Assembly (NCBI GenBank): GCA_047947115.1
Contig: CP170459.1
Span: 4,608,001 to 4,672,000 of the forward strand
Direction: 5' to 3'
Length of the DNA stretch: 64,000 nucleotides
Source: Verrucomicrobiota bacterium
GTDB taxonomy: Bacteria; Verrucomicrobiota; Verrucomicrobiia; Limisphaerales; AAA164-E04
Shown here: in pieces, positions 30,390-37,982 of the stretch
How the letters are laid out: the number at the start of each line of letters is the position of its first letter
Numbering within the stretch: the stretch's first letter is position 1
Made by a program: the position numbers and the translations under genes
Notes under the pieces: generated by a model
What the model saw: only the letters and a program-made list of their open reading frames with translations
What the model was told of the DNA's origin: nothing
The model's database searches: none

Positions 30390-31652
30390 ATGATCGAAAT
30401 GTTCAGGAGTTTGTTCGGCATGGGTGCGATCCTGGCACTGGCATGGGCCTTTTCGCGTCATCGCAGACAATTTCCTTTTCGTACCGTAGTCTGGGGTTTG
30501 GGGCTGCAATTGGCGATCGGGATTTTAATACTGAAGACCCCTATTGGTCTGAAGATATTTGGCCTTGCCCAAAAAGCCGTCTTGAAGCTGAACGACGTCT
30601 CCCAAGTAGGAGCCGCCATGATCTTCGGTCCGCTGGCCAGCACCGAACAGCTCGCCAGCGTGTTCGGTCCCAACAACACCTTCATTTTTGCGGTGTCCAT
30701 CACTGCCACCATCATTGTCGTGGGGGCCTTGTCCTCGCTGCTCTACCATTGGGGCGTCCTGCAGTTCATGGTGCATTGGATGGCCCTGATCATGCGCCGT
30801 CTGATGGGAACTTCCGGAAGTGAAACATTGGCCACCGCAGCCAACTGCTTTGTGGGTCACACGGAGGCGCCGCTGGTGATCAAACCCTACATTCAAAAAA
30901 TGACCCAGAGCGAACTGATGGCACTCATGACCGGTGGCATGGCCACCATCGCTGGCGGGGTGTTGGCAGTCTATGCACAGTTCGGGCGCAACGCCGGTTT
31001 CCCGGAATTGGCAGGACACCTGGTCACAGCTTCTCTGATGAGCGCGCCGGCCGCTCTGGTCATCGCAAAAATCCTCATCCCTGAAACCGAAACCAGCGAA
31101 ACCAGTGCCACTTCCAAACTCACCGACACCAAAACCTCAGCCAACAGCATCGACGCCCTCTGCAAAGGTGCACGCGATGGGGGCATGCTGGCTTTGAACG
31201 TCATGGCCATGGTCCTGGCTTTTGTCGCCATTGTGGCGCTGGCCAACTTCATCCTGCAATGGCCGCAAACCCGTATGGGCATCGTGCAACCCATTTCATT
31301 GGAAACCATTTTCGGATGGATCAATGCACCCTTCGCCTGGCTCATTGGCATCCCTTGGGAACATTGCACCCTCGTCGGAAGCATGCTGGGAGAACGCATT
31401 GTTTTAAACGAGTTGTTCGGATACCTATCCCTCACAGGTAACCGCGAGGTCTTGGACGAACGCACCTTTCTGATCACCAGTTATGCTCTCTGCGGATTCG
31501 CCAACTTCGGAAGTGTGGCTGTCCAAATAGGCGGCCTGAGCGCCCTGGTTCCCGAACGCCGAAGCGAATTCGCGCGGCTCGGATTATGGTCCATGTTCGC
31601 AGGCCTGATGGCATGCTATCTCACCGCCACCTTGGTTGGCTTGCTGGTTTGA
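30390..31652 (+). CDS. nupC: NupC/CNT family nucleoside transporter
   Basis: GTSGSET, FVGHTEAP, GMATIAGGVL, IVLNE, SYALCGFANFGS. Confidence 0.88.
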   Translation: MIEMFRSLFGMGAILALAWAFSRHRRQFPFRTVVWGLGLQLAIGILILKTPIGLKIFGLAQKAVLKLNDVSQVGAAMIFGPLASTEQLASVFGPNNTFIFAVSITATIIVVGALSSLLYHWGVLQFMVHWMALIMRRLMGTSGSETLATAANCFVGHTEAPLVIKPYIQKMTQSELMALMTGGMATIAGGVLAVYAQFGRNAGFPELAGHLVTASLMSAPAALVIAKILIPETETSETSATSKLTDTKTSANSIDALCKGARDGGMLALNVMAMVLAFVAIVALANFILQWPQTRMGIVQPISLETIFGWINAPFAWLIGIPWEHCTLVGSMLGERIVLNELFGYLSLTGNREVLDERTFLITSYALCGFANFGSVAVQIGGLSALVPERRSEFARLGLWSMFAGLMACYLTATLVGLLV

Positions 31653-31939
31653 TCAAATTTGCGGGAAACGGAATCAATCAAATGCGCGATCACCCAAAAT
31701 TGCATCTCATTTTGTTTGACATTCATGCAGTAAAGCGCCGGCCATCCAACAGCGTTCCGGTTGACAACAAGACTCGCTGGAGACTGCGACATCCTTGCTC
31801 ACATGCATCGGGCTTGCCCTTGGAGTGATTCGTTGCGTCCCTGAACAGTAAGAAAACACCCTAATCGGCGCCAACGACCACAAATGGATCCAATTCCATC
31901 GCTGGGGTCTCACCTATAACAATTAATCCACCATGCATC

Positions 31940-32300
31940 ATGCAAAAGGTTCGTAAAACCTGCATATTACGAGCCCTGTTTTTCAGTATCAGCATCACAT
32001 CCCGCTCAGCGGTCGTTTACTATGACATTGCCAATCAAGCCTCTCCCTCAGGTAGCGAAATTGTTTACCTCGATGTTGACGCCTCATCGGCTGAAACGGC
32101 CGTCTCACGGGGAGGCAGCAAGCCGTCAGGTTTCAACACCCATTTTTAGATTGCCGGCACCGAAAGATCCACTGTCATCAATTCGGATTCCTGGCATATT
32201 TACAAAGCTCCCAAAGGGTATGCGCGAGATATGACGCGGGATAGGAGATCACGGGCAGCAATCCCCCAACCTTCGTTAGAGAAAATATGCGCAGAGGCGC
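31940..32300 (+). pseudogene. Possible decayed exported-protein gene fragment
   Basis: Signal-peptide-like start and AVVYYDIANQ..IVYLDVD, interrupted by TAG at 32147. The frame continues (IAGTERSTVINSDSWHIYKAPKGYAR) and a shifted frame gives YDAG*EITGSNP. Confidence 0.3.
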
Positions 32301-32503
32301 AGCTATTGATAGGAAGAATGTGTCTTGAACGCCTAAACCGAGCCGACGCAAGACCCGTAAGCTTGAGGAATGATCATCCATGCTCGGGAAACGGGGCGGA
32401 TTTGGACCGGGTTCATTGAATACCTTGCTCCTATCATCCCCCCTCACCCGGGGAAGATGATCTTACGACTGGAAGCTTACCCTGCTTCTGCTAGGATCCA
32501 CGA

Positions 32504-34927
32504 ATGCAATTCCGAGTTTATCGCACATGTCTACATTTGGTTTTAAGGGCGGCTTGGACTCAAGTCTTTTGCCTTTTTCTCTTAGGCCTGCTTCATGCGC
32601 ACGCTGCCGACAGGTTGGTGGTGTTGACCTTTGACGATTCGAAAGCCTCACAGTTTACAAACGTCCGGCCCATACTCCAAAAGCACGGGTTCAATGCCAC
32701 GTTCTTCATCACGGAAGGTTTCACCTTCAGCTCCAACAAGGACGATTACATGACCTGGGAGCAGATTGCCCAGTTACACCGTGACGGTTTTGAGATTGGG
32801 AATCATACCAAAAGTCACATCGGTGTTTCAGCGGACACTCTGGGGATCATTCGGCAGCAGATTGAATACATCAATGATCGCTGCATCGAACACGGCATTC
32901 CCCGCCCCACCAGCTTTGCGTATCCGGGCAATGCCATTCATAAAAGCGGACCGGACATGCTCGCTGAATACGGCTTCGTGTGGGCACGTCGAGGCGGGGC
33001 TCCGGAGTTTCCTTACGAGGACGGTCGCGGAAGCGCGTTTGTACCGGGCAAGGACAGCACGCGCTTGCTTCCATCGGCGGGGGATGCACGCCCTCACTGG
33101 ACCTTGGACAATTTCAAGCAGGCTTTGGCGACTGCAGATCAGGGCGGCATTCCCATCATTCAATTTCACGGCGTACCGGACCGGGATCATCCCTGGGTGT
33201 CCACCCGCCCCGAAATGTTCGAAGCCTACATGAACCATCTCAAACAAGAAGGCTACACGGTCCTTTCCCTGAGAGATCTTGCCAGTCATGTGGACACGAC
33301 TCTTCAACCGGAGGATCCCTGGGCGATCATCAATGAACGAAAGGAAGCACGCAAGGAAGTCTACGTAAAAGGCATTGTTCGGGATGCTGACACAGGGGAG
33401 GAGCTTCCTTCACGGATATACATCAAAGATATCCATGGAAAACCGTATTACCCACGCAACATTTCGAGTCGAGGCAGTTCTGTGGATTATCGGAAGCAAA
33501 ACTGGGTCAACCAAAAGGCCACCGAATACCACACCACCCTGGCAGCCGGTGCCTTTTCGGTCGAGCTCCCCCCGGGCACGTATCAATGGACCATAGAGCG
33601 TGGAAAGGAATACACCCCCATCCATCGTGAAATCGTTGTTGAAAGCAGGCAACCGATCGAACTGGCATTCGAACTCAAGCGCTGGATCAACATGGTGGAC
33701 CGCAATTGGTTCTCCGGTGACACACATGTGCACCGTGCGATGCATGAACTGCCCAACGTGATGATGGCGGAAGATCTCAACGTGGCGTTTCCTTTGAACC
33801 ATTGGGTAACGCGCGCCTTTCAGGCACCATCCCAAGGTGACAAGAATTTACGCATTGATGATCCTCCCACACTGGTCACAGTGGACGACACTCATGTCAT
33901 TTATCCGCTCAATACAGAATACGAAATCTTCACCGTCAATGGCAAAGCCCACACCCTCGGCGCCGTTTTTCTGTTAGGGCACCAGAAACCGTTTGAACAA
34001 GGCGCCCCCCCCATGGAATCCATCGCCCGGCAAGCACACGCCCAGGGCGCGTTGCTCGATCTGGACAAACACGACTGGCCCTGGTCGATGGCTTTGGTTC
34101 CTGTGATGGATGTCGATTTGTTCGAACTGTCCAACAACCACATCTGGCGCACCGAATTCGGATTCTCAAACTTCACCACCCCTGCTCCTGCTTACATACA
34201 TCTTCCCAACAAGGGAGTCAAAGGAACCGAAAAGGACTGGATGCTCTACGGTTTTCAAAATTACTACACCTTGTTGAACTGCGGATTCCATCTTCGCCCC
34301 ACCGCCGGAACGGCCAACGGCGTGCATCCTGTTCCGTTGGGGTTCGGGCGTGTGTATGTGCACCTGGAGAAGGGATTCTCCTACGATCAATGGTTCAAGG
34401 GACTGGATATCGGACGCAGTTTTGTGACCACCGGCCCCATGCTGTTTGTCAAAACAAACGGTCAGCATCCCGGATTCCGGTTCATCACGGACGCATCCAA
34501 ACAAAAAGTCATCGCCCGCGGAGAGGTCATCTGGGATCACCCGGTCGAAACCCTGGAGTGCATCGTCAATGGAAAGGTCACCCACAGCCAAACCGTATCC
34601 AACACCCCCACCCATCAAGGGGGCTATCGATCTGAAATCAATATGGAGATCCCCATCGAAGGAAGTAGCTGGGTGGCCATCCGATGCTTCGGGGAACCAG
34701 AACCCGGACGCACCCGCTTTGCCCATACAGCCCCGTGGCATTTCATTCATCCGGAAAAGCCCTTGTTGCCTTCCGTGGATGAAATCGATTTCCTCATCGA
34801 CCGGGTGGCATCTCAAATCGAACGCAGCCGCGAAACGCTACCCCCGGAAGCGATTCAGGAATACGGACAGGCGTTGAAAGCATACCAAGATATCAAGGCA
34901 AAGGTCATCGAGGCATCGGCAAATTGA
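32504..34927 (+). CDS. Exported polysaccharide deacetylase (CE4-like) fused to CehA/McbA-like PHP metallohydrolase
   Basis: N-terminal VVLTFDD, FEIGNHTKSH, SFAYPG; C-terminal WFSGDTHVHR, LDLDKHDWPW, TAGTANGVHPVPLGFGRVYV, GRSFVTTGP, FAHTAP. Confidence 0.8.
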   Translation: MQFRVYRTCLHLVLRAAWTQVFCLFLLGLLHAHAADRLVVLTFDDSKASQFTNVRPILQKHGFNATFFITEGFTFSSNKDDYMTWEQIAQLHRDGFEIGNHTKSHIGVSADTLGIIRQQIEYINDRCIEHGIPRPTSFAYPGNAIHKSGPDMLAEYGFVWARRGGAPEFPYEDGRGSAFVPGKDSTRLLPSAGDARPHWTLDNFKQALATADQGGIPIIQFHGVPDRDHPWVSTRPEMFEAYMNHLKQEGYTVLSLRDLASHVDTTLQPEDPWAIINERKEARKEVYVKGIVRDADTGEELPSRIYIKDIHGKPYYPRNISSRGSSVDYRKQNWVNQKATEYHTTLAAGAFSVELPPGTYQWTIERGKEYTPIHREIVVESRQPIELAFELKRWINMVDRNWFSGDTHVHRAMHELPNVMMAEDLNVAFPLNHWVTRAFQAPSQGDKNLRIDDPPTLVTVDDTHVIYPLNTEYEIFTVNGKAHTLGAVFLLGHQKPFEQGAPPMESIARQAHAQGALLDLDKHDWPWSMALVPVMDVDLFELSNNHIWRTEFGFSNFTTPAPAYIHLPNKGVKGTEKDWMLYGFQNYYTLLNCGFHLRPTAGTANGVHPVPLGFGRVYVHLEKGFSYDQWFKGLDIGRSFVTTGPMLFVKTNGQHPGFRFITDASKQKVIARGEVIWDHPVETLECIVNGKVTHSQTVSNTPTHQGGYRSEINMEIPIEGSSWVAIRCFGEPEPGRTRFAHTAPWHFIHPEKPLLPSVDEIDFLIDRVASQIERSRETLPPEAIQEYGQALKAYQDIKAKVIEASAN

Positions 34928-34960
34928 CGTGGTCATCAGGTTATGTAATATCTCTTTTTA

Positions 34961-35119
34961 AACCGCAGATTCTAAAGATTGTCGCAGGTGTCCCATGAAT
35001 AGATGGGCACGCAGTTGAGTGATCGATCGCCACTTGATGTGATTCATACAACGGCAAAACATCTGGTTACATAATTTAAATGAACCTTCTATCTGCGAAA
35101 ATTTGCGCAATCTGCGGTT
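34961..35119. repeat. 159-bp intergenic element bounded by imperfect 29-bp inverted repeats
   Basis: AACCGCAGATTCTAAAGATTGTCGCAGGT versus the reverse complement of the right end AACCGCAGATTGCGCAAATTTTCGCAGAT: first 11 nt identical, 22/29 overall. Confidence 0.6.
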
Positions 35120-35246
35120 CTTAACAAATTCAAAAGTCCCACACGGGCTTTTGATGCTCGTTGCTATTGAAAGACTTCGATTTTACAGGTTTTGTCCTCC
35201 TCAACTGGCTTGACCTGTTGCCCGATCCTTGAGACATATGGAGGAC

Positions 35247-36551
35247 ATGAAACACCTCACTCTTTTCGGCCTTGGATTGGTAGCGTTGGTCAATGGCATG
35301 ACTGCCCAATCGTACCAACTGCATTCGTTTGAAAAGATCCAGTTGACGGATCGCTTCTGGAGCGAAGGAGCCACCTTTGGCGATTTCAACAAGGATGGGA
35401 ACCAGGATGTCGCCTCGGGCCCATACTGGTGGGCCGGACCTGACTTCAACGCCCGTCACACTTTTTACCCAGACACAAGGGCATGGCAGAAACAAAACAA
35501 GGATGGCAGTATAAAAACCATCCCCGGATTCGAAGGCGCGCTCGGCAGCAAGAACACCTATTCAGACAACTTCTTCGCATTCTCACATGACTTCAACGCC
35601 GATGGATGGGACGACATCCTCATCCTTGGATTCCCCGGACAGGAATCTTCCTGGTATGAAAACCCCCGGGGAAAACCCGGATACTGGGCACGCCACATCA
35701 TTCTGGATGTCACGGACAACGAATCTCCCACCTTTGCCGACCTGACCGGTGATGGCAAACCCGAGGTCATTTGCAGTTCGGGAGGACACTACGGCTATGC
35801 CAGTCCGGATTGGGCACACCCGGAAAAACCATGGACATTTCATCCAATCACCCCAAAAGGTCCTTGGGCAAAATTCACCCACGGCATGGGGATTGGAGAC
35901 GTGAATGGGGATAAGCGCCTGGACTATCTCGCCAAAGAAGGTTGGTGGGAACAACCCGAACAACTCGATGGCGATCCGGTCTGGAAGTTTCATGGTTTCC
36001 CCTTCAGCCCCGGCGGAGGAGCCCAGATGTACGCCTATGATGTGGACGGAGATGGTGATAACGACGTCATTACCAGCATCGCCGCTCATGGTTATGGTTT
36101 GGCATGGTACGAGCACATTCCCACTGCGGAAGGCATCACATTCAAAGGTCATACCTTCATGAACAAGGAGCCATCCGAGAACCGATATGGAGTCAAATTC
36201 TCCCAACTGCATGCCATCGACCTGGTCGATATGGATGGAGACGGGCTGAAGGATATCATCACCGGAAAACGCTTCTGGGCTCACGGTCCTCATGGCGACG
36301 CCGAACCCAATGAGGCCGCTGTTCTTTATTGGTTCAAGTTGGAACGTACCAAAGATGGAGTAGACTTCGTCCCGCACCTCATCGATAACGACTCCGGAAT
36401 CGGCACTCAAGTGATGGCTCGGGACATCAATGGCGACGGCCTGCCCGAGATCGTGGTAGGCAACAAAAAAGGAACCTTTGTCCACAAGCATTCCGCGGTC
36501 AAAGTGGATCGTGACACATGGCTGAAGGCACAACCCAAAGCCCTTTATTAA
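35247..36551 (+). CDS. Exported FG-GAP/VCBS repeat beta-propeller protein
   Basis: Signal peptide; seven D-x-N/D-x-DG-x-x-D/E repeats (DFNKDGNQD, DFNADGWDD, DLTGDGKPE, DVNGDKRLD, DVDGDGDND, DMDGDGLKD, DINGDGLPE). Start ATG 35247 or 35238. Confidence 0.85.
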   Translation: MKHLTLFGLGLVALVNGMTAQSYQLHSFEKIQLTDRFWSEGATFGDFNKDGNQDVASGPYWWAGPDFNARHTFYPDTRAWQKQNKDGSIKTIPGFEGALGSKNTYSDNFFAFSHDFNADGWDDILILGFPGQESSWYENPRGKPGYWARHIILDVTDNESPTFADLTGDGKPEVICSSGGHYGYASPDWAHPEKPWTFHPITPKGPWAKFTHGMGIGDVNGDKRLDYLAKEGWWEQPEQLDGDPVWKFHGFPFSPGGGAQMYAYDVDGDGDNDVITSIAAHGYGLAWYEHIPTAEGITFKGHTFMNKEPSENRYGVKFSQLHAIDLVDMDGDGLKDIITGKRFWAHGPHGDAEPNEAAVLYWFKLERTKDGVDFVPHLIDNDSGIGTQVMARDINGDGLPEIVVGNKKGTFVHKHSAVKVDRDTWLKAQPKALY

Positions 36552-36573
36552 TGCCAACAACCACTATTAACCG

Positions 36574-37971
36574 GTGAAATCAACCGGAACCATCAGCCAA
36601 ATCTGGGCGTTTCGCTCCATTGAGCGCAAGCTGTTTTTCGCCTGTTTCCTGACCATCGGATTCGGTTACGCCGGTTTCTTCCTGAACGATCTGAAGCAGG
36701 CCAGCGAAACGGTTCAGCGCGGTATTCTCCCCTTGGTTATTTTCGGCATCAGCCTCTTGATCATGCACGGCTGGTTCTTGATAACCCGATTCAAAGGGGA
36801 TCCTGTCATTCTGGGGTCGGTTGTCTTTCTGGGAGGTTTCGGAATCCTGGCCCAGTACCGGATGGGATTGTTCGACTTTGAACACCCCTGGAGGTTGAGC
36901 CATTTCGCCTATCCCATCGGTGTGATCCTCATGCTGTTTGTGATCGGGATATTCAAAAACGGCCGGTATCAGCTGTTGCGTTCCATGGGATGGATCGCAG
37001 CAGCCGTTTCCGTTTTCATCGTTGCTGTTCTGATTGCCACCGGATCACGTTACCGAGGCGCGTACTATGCCGCCGGTCAGTTGACCCCGACGGAAATACT
37101 CAAGCTGTTGATGGTCGTGTTCATGGCTAGCTATTTTGCAACTCGGGAAAAAGAGATCCGGAAGGCAGTCAGTGGAGGCAAAGCTTCCATGTGGGCAATT
37201 CTCTGGCCCGTCGGGGCCGTTTATGCGGTTTTAATGGGATTGTTGATGATTCAACGGGACCTGGGGATGCTGGCTGTCTTGACCATGACCCTTTTCATGG
37301 TGCTGTTCTTTATCACCGGACAATGGCGTTATATCCTCGCATCCACCACAGCAGTGGTTTTGGCCGGCATGCTGGCCAATGCATTCATCTCCCACGCCAG
37401 AGGCAGGATTCAAACCTGGATGAATCCATTCGGAGATCCCACAGGAAGCGGATGGCAGATCCTACAGGGTTTGTCAGGAATGTTTGCGGGAGGATTGTTC
37501 GGGGCCGGATTTGGAAAGGGCAATCCTGAAAGAATACCCATTGCCGAATCCGATTTCATCTATGCGGTCATAGGGGAGGAACTGGGATTTGTGGGATGCA
37601 TTCTGGTGGTCGTGTTCTATCTGGTCTTTTTCCGGCAGGGCTTCCGCATCGCCCACCAGACAAAAGATTACTTCGGCTCACTGCTTGCAGCCGGTCTGGT
37701 GTCCATCTTTGCATGTCAGACCTTGCTGAACATCGGAGGCGTCACCAAAGCCATCCCGATGACCGGCATTCCCCTTCCTTTGATCAGTCACGGAGGCAGC
37801 AATCTGGTGACGGTGTTTCTTGGCCTGGGCCTGCTGCTCAGCATCTCTGAGAATCAGGGAAAAGCGGCAACCAAAACGGCCACCTCCAAAAAAAGCCCCG
37901 CCAAATCAAATACCGGAAAAGCCGCTGCCAAGAAAGCCACTAAGAAACAGAGTAAACCCAAGGGGCGTTGA
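36574..37971 (+). CDS. FtsW/RodA/SpoVE (SEDS) family protein
   Basis: PTEILKL, QRDLG, IPIAESDFIYAVIGEELG, IPMTGIPLPLISHGGS; Lys/Ala-rich C-terminal tail. Confidence 0.88.
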   Translation: MKSTGTISQIWAFRSIERKLFFACFLTIGFGYAGFFLNDLKQASETVQRGILPLVIFGISLLIMHGWFLITRFKGDPVILGSVVFLGGFGILAQYRMGLFDFEHPWRLSHFAYPIGVILMLFVIGIFKNGRYQLLRSMGWIAAAVSVFIVAVLIATGSRYRGAYYAAGQLTPTEILKLLMVVFMASYFATREKEIRKAVSGGKASMWAILWPVGAVYAVLMGLLMIQRDLGMLAVLTMTLFMVLFFITGQWRYILASTTAVVLAGMLANAFISHARGRIQTWMNPFGDPTGSGWQILQGLSGMFAGGLFGAGFGKGNPERIPIAESDFIYAVIGEELGFVGCILVVVFYLVFFRQGFRIAHQTKDYFGSLLAAGLVSIFACQTLLNIGGVTKAIPMTGIPLPLISHGGSNLVTVFLGLGLLLSISENQGKAATKTATSKKSPAKSNTGKAAAKKATKKQSKPKGR

Positions 37972-37982
37972 ATGAGCAGTTG

